NCBI GenBank assembly: GCA_965178125.1
Contig: OZ237736.1
Location: 744,001 to 808,000 of the forward strand
DNA length: 64,000 bases
From: Bilabrum cf. latius
Taxonomy: Eukaryota
Direction: 5' to 3'
Positions within the stretch are counted from its first letter, which is position 1, and every line of letters starts with the position of its first letter. A program made the position numbers and the translations under genes. Shown here one piece after another: positions 35,601 through 47,713 of the stretch. The notes below the pieces were generated by a model, which was not told where the DNA came from, did not search any database, and saw only the letters and a program-made list of their open reading frames with translations.

Positions 35601-38600
35601 CAGCAGCTGCATGCCGGTAGCTCTGCTGGCCATCATTCGCTGCTCCACAGCCAGGAGAGCCCCCCTGTACTGCTCCAGCTCGCCCTCTGACTCGAGATAC
35701 ACCCTCGTGGGATCCGTTCGGTCGATGGTAGGCTCGTCGTAACCAAACACCCCTCGAGCCTCTGCCCGTTGAATCCCCGAGAAGCCCACTGCGCCGGATG
35801 AAACCCGTTCTTCGGCCACGGCGGCGTCGATGACTTCCACTGCCACGTCCCTCGATGCTCCGATGCCCGACGGCAAGCGGAAGGTCACAAAATCATGGTC
35901 TCTGTCCACAAGCTCGTACTGGCACCCGCTGGTGCGACCCGTCTGGGGACGGATGCCCCCAATGCTCGTGGCATCAGTGATGCAAGACATGTAGAACTCG
36001 AGCACCAGGTAGGACGTGGGAAGGGAGGCTGCCTGGGACAGGGGGACGGGGCTCACTAGGAGACCGTTGGCGAGCTCAAGAGCCTGCCCGCGCGCCGTGG
36101 TGTTGCGCTGCTTGGGCCCAAAGTTTGCGCCATGCAGAGTGACTTCATATCCGCCCACCGTGGGGCCATTACTGGGAACAACGGACCGGGTACTACGGAT
36201 CGTGGGAGGCGCGTACAGCAGCCGGGGCTGCTCAGGCTCTGTGGCCGGCGTGAGCATCTTCCCTCCGACAGAGACCTGGATGTCCTTCTGGCCCGCACCC
36301 TCAGGCAGCTCGAACGTGATGCGATCGTGCGTGTGCGCAATCACAGCGGCCTCAGGCACCTCCCCCTCTCCGGGGAAGCTCTCCATGCCATCGCAATTCA
36401 GCTCAAGGGTTGGGTTTCGGGTTGTGTGAGCGAGGAAGACGCACAGTTGAGGGTTACCCACGGCGCCCCTGCGGCCCAGATTCGCCCCAAACACGCTCAG
36501 GTAAGAAACAGCCGGGTGATCGGGACTCATGGTACGAGGCCTCGCGCCCCTCGTGGGAGCACCTTCGATCTGCAGGCCGGCGGGACCAAGCGCACCGCCC
36601 TCGGTGGATGCGTACTACACCGCGGGGCCGATGTGTTCCCTAAGGGTGGCATTGGGGACCTGCGTCGCAATGTCGGGGTCTGCCCACACGGCTGAGGACT
36701 GGAGAAGGCCCGTGGGGTCCGCTTCCTCCGCCGACGTCTCTGGCTCCGAAGCGCCCAGTGCCATCTGGAAGGCTGGAGAGAAGCCGTGGAGCGCCACTCC
36801 GGTCACCACGGGGAAATCGTACGTTACCATTGCATCTGCTTCGCCCATGAGACCCGCGGTCGTAACACGAACGGCCACGTTGGAACCTGCGCCCTCTGGC
36901 AGCGTGCACTCGATCGTCTCATGCGTCCTGCGGTCCGCCCCCTCGCACTCGACCCACTCCACATCCCTACCGAAGGCCTCGACCGCCCCTGGGTCGTTGC
37001 TCGGCAGGGCAAACTCCACCTTGATGAAGCCGGAAATAGCGTCTGCCTGCGCCTGCCGCAAGGGTGGAGTCTCTCCAAAGTTCATGCCTGTGACCAGCAT
37101 CGTCACTCCGCCCGCAGTGGGCACCGAGTCGGTCTGCTGCGCAGGCCCCACGGTGGTGATGCTGGGCCTGATGTGGGAGTAATGGAGCTGCGACCGCATC
37201 ACGTCGGCCAGGCGTACGGCGGATGAACCATCCCCGGGACGCCTGGGGATGATGCCGTTTGCCCCGTCCGTGACGCCGGCGGCCTCCACGTCTTCGAGGT
37301 CCTCGGCCAGCAGCATGGACTGCCCGCCCGCCTCGACGTCCAGCACGAAGCCTGTCGACGTGTCATTGTACTGCAAGCCGTCTCCTTCTCCCGCCGGGAT
37401 AGGGAAGATGAAGCACTCGTGGAGTGACGGCGCCTGCCCACCGGCAGTGGCAGCGGGGCAAGGGCGTCTGTTGGCGCTTACGGCGTTGGGAGGATGCCCA
37501 TAGTCTAGCACACCATCCGTGCACGTTGCTACAGAGCCGTCTCCAAGCCGCACCAGGGGACACCGTGTGAGGTCTTGGCCCCTGATTCGCATCCACCCGC
37601 CGCGTGTGGGCACCCGTACATCCTTAGCGTCATCCGCCACCCAATGCCTCTGCCAGTGGGACTCCACTGGGCTGGCGTCGGTGGGCTGGTCACCGGAAGA
37701 TCCACTGGGCGGCATCCACACGTCCACAGCGGCCACATAGGGCTTCGCGTAGGCAAACATCTCATCACCGCTGGAGAGGGACCCGGACCGATCCACAAAG
37801 ATTCGGATGTCGTCCATGGGCGCAGGGGAGGCAGGAGATTCGGGAACCAGGAAGGACACGTCGTACACGGGAGTCGTGCCGGCCTGGTTGGCGGCGGCGT
37901 CGATCACGTCGATTACATGGGTCTATATGTCCGCCCCTGTGGCGGTGTCCTGCAGCCATATGCTGTCACGGAGTGACCACACGCGACATGCCACAGCCGA
38001 CGTGGCGCTGGGCCCAGCCAGCACCCGCATCTGCTTGGAAGTCTCGAGGCCGCCCACCCGGATGGTGATGCCGTTGCCCTCCGATGGTGACCCGTCCTCG
38101 GCCTTCTGGCCCTGTGTGGGCAGTCCGGTGGTCGCTCCCTGCAGTGCCGCGATCTGGGGGGCGAGCAGCTGCCAAGTCTGCGAGTTGGCCCGCTGCACGA
38201 GCTCGTCTGCCTGCACGTCCAATGCACTCGTCATATCCTCGTCCAGCAGGGTGGCAGGCATGCGGGCGGTCACCTGCACCTGCACCTCGCCCGTCTGCTC
38301 GTCTGTGTAGGCGAGGATGCGGTTGTGCGTATGTGAGCGCACCGTCAGGGGATACCTGAGCAGCGGCAGCATGGACACGTCGGCTCGCAGTACGCCTCGC
38401 GCATCGCCCTCTTGCCTGAAGGCCCGGGGGTCCGAGAACCCGGTTCCGATAATGAGCACCTGCAGCACGCTGTTGTCGTCACACGAGAAGGGATCACCGG
38501 CACTGAACGAGCAATTCTGCTCCTCTGACGTGTCTGCGTTGACCACGTAGCCAGGTTGCGTCCAGGCGGGGCGGGTCACCACTAGCCGCTCGATTACCGG

Positions 38601-41600
38601 AGCAGCATAGGAGAAGATGGTTCCAGGGTCCATTAGTCGCGATAGTGACCCATCGTACGGTGCAGAGGTAGAGGAGTCTTCGCTGACAGGTGCAAGACCC
38701 ACTCGTACTGGGATCGCAAATCCACCGCCATGCTCAGGCAGTGTGAATGAGATGGTCTGCGAGATACCGTCCTGGTTCAGCACCATGCCGGTGGGCTAGC
38801 GCACCTGTCCTCCAAACACAACGACTGGTCTCGAGAGGCGGTCCCTCAGGGGCACATTCCTCGTGGTAAGCTTGACAATCTGAGGAGAATTGATCGGTGA
38901 ATGGGTATCCACTGTGGACACAGTATCCATACTGATCACCTCGGGCGTTGCGAAGTCGAACGTTGCGTCGGCTGTTGCAGGGGGATCGCCACTGCTGGAC
39001 TGCCCTGCCACGGTGGTCCTGAAGTAAGCATTCTCGGCCCAGCCCGGCTCGGTCTCGATCTCAATCAGGGTGTGGGACACATGATTCACGGACACGGGCG
39101 TGTACTCTGTACCCGTGGGGCCATACGTGATGCTCTGCAGACCTGGAGACTCCTCGCCCGTGTCTTCGTCAAACAGCACCAGGTCTGGAGATCCGAATCC
39201 TGTACCGTGAATTTCGAAGGTTTCACCTCCGTCCACGTCGGCATCGTCCACACGGTCACCTGCGACACCACCAGGCCGCACGATTGCGATGATCTCAGGA
39301 ACCTCGTAGTTGGTCGTGGGGCTGCGGCTGGGCTGTGAGTCCACCACAACCGTCCATGCTAGCGCACTGCCTGCACCCTCGGCCGTTTTGCACTCAATCG
39401 TCACATGCGCCTCCACCAGCACGCAATCTAGAGCCTGGAATACTGTCATGCCAGCACCGGCAACAGATAGCTCATACGTGGCGTTCAAAGGAGTCTGAAG
39501 ACCGCTGGTCTGTGGCATGGGCCCAAAATTGTTGCCCTTCAGCACCACCACCTGTCCGCCTGGAGTCAGAGCATTTGCAGCGCCCTCCCCCTCGAATGAG
39601 GCCAGCACTGGCTGCGCGTAGGCATGCGTCGTTTGCACCGCCGCAGCGACCGTGGCCTGGGTTGCAATTGCCACGTCAAACTCAAGCCCCCTGCCCGTGC
39701 CCGGCAGGGTGCTGCACTCAATCTCCGTGTCCGCCCTTGAGACACGGCACGTGGCCGTAGCATCGTACCGAAGGTTTCCGGCCGCTGCAGGCCCGTAGAT
39801 TACGGAGGAAACGCTGCCCAAGTTGCTTAGTTCGATTGGACCAAAGCCAGTGCCAACCAGTGTGAAAGACTGCCCACCACGCGTGTCTGACCCGTCGGCT
39901 CCGCGGACACTCGTCAGTACTGGCGGGGCAAACGACACGAAGGCTACCGTATTGTTCTGGCATACAACACTTCTGTCGAGCTCATCGATCCCCAGCGACC
40001 CATCATCCACCTGCTGGGCGAAGCAAGTATCCTCGACCTGTGACTGCCCATTCACCACAGCCGAGGCCACTAGTCCCCTACCCACACCGGCCGGCATGGT
40101 GCAGTGGAGCAGCTTGTGGGCCATGGCACCAGTTTCCGGCTTGGTGCACTGGGTCATCTCATACTCGTATCCCGCAAGTTCTAGGCCCATAGAGCTGACT
40201 GGGCTGTCAGGGCTGTAGCTGAGCTTGACGCGGACTGGCTCCGTGGCGGGCCCGAAGTTTACACCCCTGACCACCACGATCTCCCCTCCGGTGGTGCGAA
40301 GGTTTGTGATGTCTAGCGAGGACGTGATACCCTCCAGCCCGGTGATCTGGGGAATCGCGTACGTGAACGTGCTTACATCCATGATACTAGCGTCACCCGC
40401 ACCGCCACTTGCGGCATCTGTGCCCGAGGACCGAGACCGGATGGTCAGATCGTCCTCCCCATTGATTGACAGCATCCACTGCAGGTCGCTGCCAGAGCCC
40501 TCGGATGTCACGCAGCGTACCGTATCATGACTAGTCTCCCCTGCTTGCAGCAGGGTATCGTCCACTCGGCAAGGAAGCTAGCCGCCCCGACCGTCGCTGT
40601 AAAACACGGTCTGCACACCAGTGGGTCCCAAATTCTCGCCCTTCAGGACTACCTGTGTGCCTCCCTCGGTAGCTAGAGACATTGCACTGTCGCTCACTTC
40701 TGTCACAGTGGGGGTTTTGTAGCTCAGCTGGAGCCTTGATGTCAGAAGTGCACCTTGCCCCTGTGCGTTCACGTGCACGTCAAAGCCCAAGCCAAAACCC
40801 TCCGAGGTCGTGCACGTGATCTCCGTGGCTTCGACGGTCACAGAGCACCCAGTCATGTCCACGCGTTGTTCTCCCCCGGCTGGGTTAACACGAGTCATCC
40901 ACGCTTCGACAGGCGTGACCTGGCCCGGCGATCCGAGACCGGTGCCAGTAAAGACGCACGACTGCCCTCCGGCCGTCTGAATGCCCTCTGCGTCTGTGCC
41001 GCAAGCCACCTCTCGGATGATTGGAATGTTTGAGTCGTTGGCCTGAATGGCAAAACGAACATCCTAAGTGTCGATGGCACCGTACCTGTCTCTGACCTCG
41101 ACCTCAACAATGTACTCGGCCCGCACCAGCATGCCCTGAGTGGCTGCATCCAGGGACAGGTAGGGGGAGTAGTCGGAGGTAATAGACCAGTCGGGGCTGG
41201 GCACGGCAATGACAGAGACATTTCCCTGTCTCGCATCGATCGCAATAAGGTCGACGTTACCCTCCTGCAGCACCTGGTTCGCTGAAGTCTGAGGGCTCCC
41301 ATCGCTTCTCCGCTGTCGCACTACGGTGCCCCTGAGCGGGTCGGTGCCCTGCGCTCCCTTGCTGGTGAACCGATACATCAAGTCGCTCAGGAACTCTTCG
41401 CTGTCCTGGTCGGCTGCCTAAACACTGGGAGTCATGCGAGCCCCGATCTGAGCGTCGCGAAGCGCCACCACCTCGTCGATCACAATGACCTGGGCCTATG
41501 GCAGGCCGCTTTCAGCGTTCCCTGCAGCCAGCTCGGGGGCATCGTTTGTATCGTTCAGGCGAAGAGTGATGAAGCTCGATGCGGTATTTCCCACGATGTC

Positions 41601-44600
41601 CTCCACCCGCACGATGGTCAAGTAGCCACCCGATGCGGGGGAGGTCTCGTAGTCAACGGGGTGACCGCTGCCGGACGGCCTGGCTGGGGCCGAGAAATTT
41701 AGGGAAAGCTACCCCGTAGTCTCGTCCAGCAGAACCATGCCGTCCGTGCTGTCAAACTCGACGCTAAAGGTCAGGGTATCATCCTCCGGGTCCTCTGCCA
41801 GGGTAGACAGAGCTACACCGACGGTGGTCCCGACGGCGCAGTTCTCCTCGACCGTGAAGGTCTGTGCAGCAAGCACGGGCGGCTCATTCACGTCCAGCAC
41901 CGTCACCGTGACGTTGACCTCGGTAAAGGCGCTGTACCCGTTAATGCCGATCTTAACTGTCAGGTTGAAGTACTGCTTGGTTTCATAGTCCAGCTGCGTC
42001 TGGTCGTTCACCCGGATCAATCCGTCGCACAGCCCGATCTTGAAGGCCTCTCCGTCGTCCCCTGCCACAATGGAGAACTCCATCTGCTCGTCGGCCTCGA
42101 GCGACGCAGACACGGGCTCGCCCACTGCCGTATTCCTCGCAGAATTCTCGTGAACCTCACGAGCTTGGTTCTTTGCCACTGGAGGGCGGATGCCGCAGCC
42201 GGGGGCACCATCCGGTTGGTTTAGGGTGCCATCAGCCTTGCAGGAGGACACATCGGCACCAGATGCCGTGAATCCCTGCCTGCACTTGAAGGCGCACGTG
42301 TCTTGGTAGTACATGTCCCTGCACCCGCTGACCGTGGGTCCCCCTCCCACGAGACAAGGCGTCTCCAGCTTCAGGTTGTCGAACTCGGCCGGGCCCTCCG
42401 CCCATAGCCCAACGTCACCAGAGGTCAGAGTGGGATCTCTAGCCGTCATGATCCGGCCGCCATCCAGCCAGACCTCAATGTCGGCCCCGTCCAGCATCAC
42501 CTTGAGCTCGTGCCGCTCAGTCGGCTTGGACGAGTCCAGCTTGCGAATGCCTACGCCTGATGATGCTAGCATGGCGTCGGATCCAACCTCACCAGACCTC
42601 TTGACGATCTTGTGCACACCAGAGGCAAAACCGATCGACGCGATAAAGTACACGCTACCACTGGCGGCACGGAAGATCAGGCCGGCGTCTCTTTCCCCGC
42701 TCAGCTCAATGCTAACCGAGTGGGCCACGTCAAGCGTCCTCGGGTCGGGGTCTCGCAGCAACACGGCCACGCCTTGGCCCTCGACGAGACACGTGTCGTC
42801 CACTGGAGGCGGCATTGATATCATCCTGCCATCAACTACCTGCCAGTAGTCTTCGAGCGGAAAATCGTCCGGATCCGCGGAAATGAACCTCTTCTGGGCT
42901 AGAGAGGAGTCTTCGAAATCTTCCGCTGCGACAGCTTGCGTGCAAGATTCTGCGCCTGCGGGGGCTGGAATTGCTGGGCACTGCGCGGCGCACTCAAGTT
43001 CCTCGGTGCTCCACTGCCCATTGATGCAAGTGGCCTCCGTTTCTCCAGAGATGGACGTGTACCCCGCCAAGCACGACAGCTTGCACTCGTCGCCTTGCAA
43101 GGCCCCTGTACACGTCCCAATCTGAACCGTGTTGGGCGGCGCACGGTCCTCGCACTTGATGTCACTGTACACGAGCACCTCGCACAGCTCAAGGAAAGTA
43201 GTCCTGGGCTCCGACACGACCAGTACGTACCGTCCGGTTGCATCGCACTTGAGGTCGTTAATGATGCCGCGATCCGATGTGATGAATCCCCTGCACTTGG
43301 TGTTGCGTTCCCAGTTGGAGGCATCGTCTCCCACATACACCTCGGCACCTCGGATCCGATCAGGCCACCCAGTACGAGTGTATACTCGGATCGTGTCCAC
43401 AAGGTACCTCTGCTGGAGATCGATACGCATCCGAGGCCGGTAGGACTATGCGCTGTGGTAGCAATTCGGGCCCATCCCTCCGTTGTTGTGCACTCCATCC
43501 ACCGCTCTATTTGAACCCAAGCCGTCGTACACCCCGCCCCAGTAGTCAGTCGGCTTGCCCCGCGCCACGTTGATGAGCCGGGACAGGTCTGGCGTGATCG
43601 AAGGCCTTACCTTGTTGCTCAAGGCAGACCACTGGCCTCGCCCTGCCTATGTGACGGCAGCTGCCTGGAATGAGTAGGTTGCATCAGTAGTCAGCTACGT
43701 GACCTGTGCACGCAGTTTGCCGGTTGGTGTTCCAGTGGGACGCAGCGTCGCCAGCTTTGCCATTCGAGAAGCACCGCTGTTGGCGCAGCCGTCCGTCGTG
43801 ACCTTGATGTCGTCGATGAAGTACGTCTTGGTCGTCGTGTCCCACGACTTTCCGTGCAGTGCAAGCTTGCCCTGGCTCACATCTCCCCCTCTGTTGAGGT
43901 CCGCAAGCTTGAGGGACCCCAGGGTCAGCCAGTCGGGGTCCAGCCTTCCCTTGTGAAAGAATGAAATGGTGTTTGTAGCGACATTGTAAGCCATCTTGAG
44001 CCATTGAAGCTGTGCGTTTGTCCCCATCCCGAGGTTTTTAGCGAATAGACCCGATCCGCTCCTGCTGGCTTGCACCCTATAGTTGTTTCCGTCTTGTCGG
44101 TAGAAAAGGATGTCAACTCTAAAGCGGTTGTAGTCCTGCTTACGTGCATCGCCCTCCTGCAGCGTGATGCCGACGCCACCACGGATGGGCTGCGGCGAGT
44201 CCACCCATGCCTTCATCTGCACCTCCCAGTTGGCACCTGCGTGCAGCTTTTCGCCAGTCCCTGTCTGCTCGATCGACTTTGGCCACGGAATAAAGATCTT
44301 GGAACAGTCGTTGGCATCGTTCCAGCAGTCCTGTCTGGAGCCAAGCACCCATTTCAGGTATCCCTTGCTGCCCGACTTGTCTGCCCCCTGTTCGAACGCA
44401 ATGGTGTGGCTGGGGCGTGCTCGAAAGGACCACCCCCCGGGCAGACTAGTCATGCCGCCGCCAAAGTCGGTGCCACCGAAGGAGGATGGCGCGGCGCGAA
44501 TGGCGTAGTGGGTAGCCTCATCGTACGTGCCAAGGTCGTCTTCTGCGACGGGGGTCCACGTGATAGTGGCCGTCCTGCCGCTGATGGTTGCTGTCACGTC

Positions 44601-47098
44601 TGTGGGAGCGATGGCGGTTTGCGCCTGGCACACGGGGACGTATCCTGAGTAGTAGCCTGTGATCTCGCACGTCACTGGCAATCCACCTACTGGGTTTGTC
44701 ACCGTGTAGCCGTTGCTGCAGCTGTAGTAGCATGAACCGCGGAAGCAGTTGCTCGTAGAGACACCAGTGGTAGTGAGATCGTCGCATCCTGGGAGCTGGA
44801 TTACGTATGAGCCCTCAACCGCAGCGGTTAGCGATGAAATGCCAGAGCGTCCTCCTAGGAGGACAAGAGCTCCGTTCCCGGCCGGTGCGAGCGAAGCCCA
44901 AGCCCTGCCGGCTGGCGAGCTGCCGATCACTCGGAGTGCAGAGCTAAACTGGTAGCTCAGCAGGTCAAGCGCATGCAGGTCATCCAGCGCCTCCCCGTCT
45001 GCCCCTATCCCGCCGTAGATCCAGGCCATGCCGCGGTGTTGCGTGGCTGCGTGCCCGAACCTTGGGCTGGGCAGGTTGCGGACAGGCATCCCAAAGACCT
45101 TGGCTTCGCAGATGGCAAGCGTGTGGCCCACCCTTGGCTGCACGATCCAGACGTAACGACCAGTCTTGGTGCACATGATGGTGTCAACGTTGCCAAGGGG
45201 GCTGGGCACGTTGCCCTCGCACTCGGTGTTGAGGTCAAACTTGTCGGGGTTGTCACCTACCCATAGCTCGATATCGGTGGATCGACTCCTGCAGCAGCCA
45301 TCACTACGGTCCCACAGCTGGATCCTGGTCAGATCGTACGAGGCCCCCAGGTCAATTCTTATGTAGTGATGAGTGCCTGTGTGAGTACCGGAATGGATGC
45401 ATGAACTCCCACGCCACTCCTGGTCCGTGTTCCCGTCGTTAATTCTCGTTGCCACGCCGCCGTAGCCTTGCTCAGTGGCTTCAACACCCTTGCCCTGCGC
45501 CAGCTCCTTCTCGTCGGTGCTCAGTGTCTTCCACTTCCAAGGCTCGGGGCCCATGACCATGAGCTCGCAGCCGTCCAGTCGCTTGCCTGTTCCAGACAAA
45601 AAGGCGTGAACGTACCTGCCGACTGCTCCATCGCACGGGATGGTCGCAGGCACTGGGAGCCTTCCGTTGTATGGCGACTCGCACTCGGTGAAGGAGGGAG
45701 TTCCCTGACCGTCAAGGGGATCTGTTCGGTGGTTGTTAACGGTAATACGAAGCCCGTTGGCGCTGTCGCGTTGCGCAGTCTCCGTCCGTGGGTAGAAGCG
45801 GACCTCTTTGACGGTGCGGGGCCCGCCAAGATCTACCGAGGCGCCCGAGTTCGCCGCGGAGGCGCTCTGGACCATGCACTGCCCATTACCCGCCACAGTG
45901 TTCAAGAGGCCATCCACCAGGTTGGAGGTGTGGAAATTAGCATTGCCGTTCCGTGGTTTTGGGGCATACACGGGCCTGTTGAGCGCGAGGTTCACCAGCG
46001 AGCCCTCGTCCTCGAACCCAACGGAGCTGAGTGCCCACAGGTGGTTCGTCGCATCCTTGGCGTCGTCTCCCGTGCGGCCACCGAACATGACCGCGACGCG
46101 ACCCGTGGGATCAGCGGTCAGCGTGTGGTCGTACCTCCCCGTGGGTGCGCCGCCCTGAGCCGCTGCCGGTGCCTCCCACTTCACGGCACCTGTCGTGGGC
46201 AGCTGCATCACGGCCGTAGTTGCATGCACGACATCGGTACCTCCGCGGCCTCCGTGCACCACGAGACACTCCTCGCCAGCGGCCTCGCAGTCGCGCAGAA
46301 CCACTGCCGCTGCAAACCGTCGCGGCGTCGTCAGCGCAGTCGGTGCCAGCTTGGTCCACACTTTCGTGCCTGCGAGGGGTTGCAATGGAAAGGGTCTTTC
46401 GGTGCTTTATACGTTAATTTGAAAGAGGCGCACATGATTTCGCTGCGCTCTTGCGGTCGGATGGATCGCCGCAACACGTGACAGTAGTGCCGCACCACGT
46501 GACGGTCGGATGGATCGCCGCAACACGTGGTGGGTGAAACTAGAATATCTTTCCTTACCCAAATCGAATTTAAACGTTCCTCGCTGAGACTATCCTGTGC
46601 TTCCCATTCCCCCGTAAGCGTACACCACATCCTTGGAGGCGGCGTAGGCCGGGCCCTCGCTTACGGGAGCAGTGCCTGAGGTCGTGGGGAGTGAGGCCGC
46701 CCCATCTGCGAATTGGGGCGAATTTAAGAGAGGTTGCGCGAGAGCGTTCGGTCCAATGAACGAAAGGCAAAAATAACGCACACTTGACGAGTGCGATCTA
46801 CTTGTACTGGAGCAGGGACGGCATGGAACCGTCATACGTGTATTGGCAGGAGTCGGGCGGGTGTCGTTGTAAGTGCAACTGATGCCTCACCGGCGTCCAC
46901 AGCCACAAAATCCTTTCCTCCCGATGCCACCTTGCCTCCGAGGAAGAATGCAGTGTCATCTGACGCGGCTGCCCCTGCACCACTCCGCAATTTGGGCGTT
47001 GAACCCGCTGCTGAAAGCTCGACGAAGCGGATGTCAGCAGCTGCGGCACTGTGGCTCCCTACGAGAGCAGCCACAGCGGCTGCAAGCAAGGAGATCAT
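32661..47098 (-). CDS. Giant (~4,690 aa) multidomain surface/membrane protein, 3 exons (introns 46706-46890, 46370-46558)
   Basis: Signal peptide; Kelch-like repeats; F5/8C-fucolectin-like domains (NLALNRP, IRIDLG, LAICEAKV); sushi-like; FN3; cadherin repeats (LDYETK, DVNEPP); many IPT/TIG repeats (G.NFGP); Cys-rich region; multi-TM C-terminus. Sixteen in-frame TAGs; ends TAA. Confidence 0.85.
46454..46529. repeat. Intronic 27-bp perfect direct repeat (46454-46480 and 46503-46529)
   Basis: CGGTCGGATGGATCGCCGCAACACGTG twice, with a partial copy CCGCACCACGTG between them. Confidence 0.9.
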
Positions 47099-47713
47099 GA
47101 CCAATTAAACTTCAACTTTGCTTCAAGCAAGATTGCACTTGCAGCAGCGCGGGTAAATGTGCCTGAGAAGGTATTGACGGAGCCGAGAGCGACGAGAGCT
47201 GAGCTTGAAAATTATCGTTTTTTAAGACAGTAACGTGCGATTTCAAAGAGGCGAGTCTCCCGTATCCTGGCGAGTGCAGCCTGAGATCTGGGCGAGCCCC
47301 CCGCCCCCAGCGCCGAGCGCAGAGCCCCACGCTCAGTATTGCCAGATACAGTGCGACTAGGGCCGCATTAAGCAAATGATCTGAACTCTCCCACCCGCCC
47401 CGGGGCACTGCGTCAGTTTTGGCACCTGGAGCACGCGACCCCGAACCTCCTTGGCCGACACTTGGGTACAAGATCGGTCATGTTGTTGTACTGTTCAGCA
47501 AGCCAGTGGTATACGGCGCAAAATGCAAGTGCTTTGCCTCGCACATGCTTGCGCTGGGCCACGATTGACAGCCTGGTCGCCGCTGTCACAGTGCCAATCA
47601 GCCGCTGCAGGCGACAAGCCCTCGCGAGGAGTTCTCTAGGCGATTGGCACGCAGCTCGGCTCAGTGGATCGTGGTCGCGTGCAAGGCACAGTACTATGTC
47701 AGTTGCACTTTGG

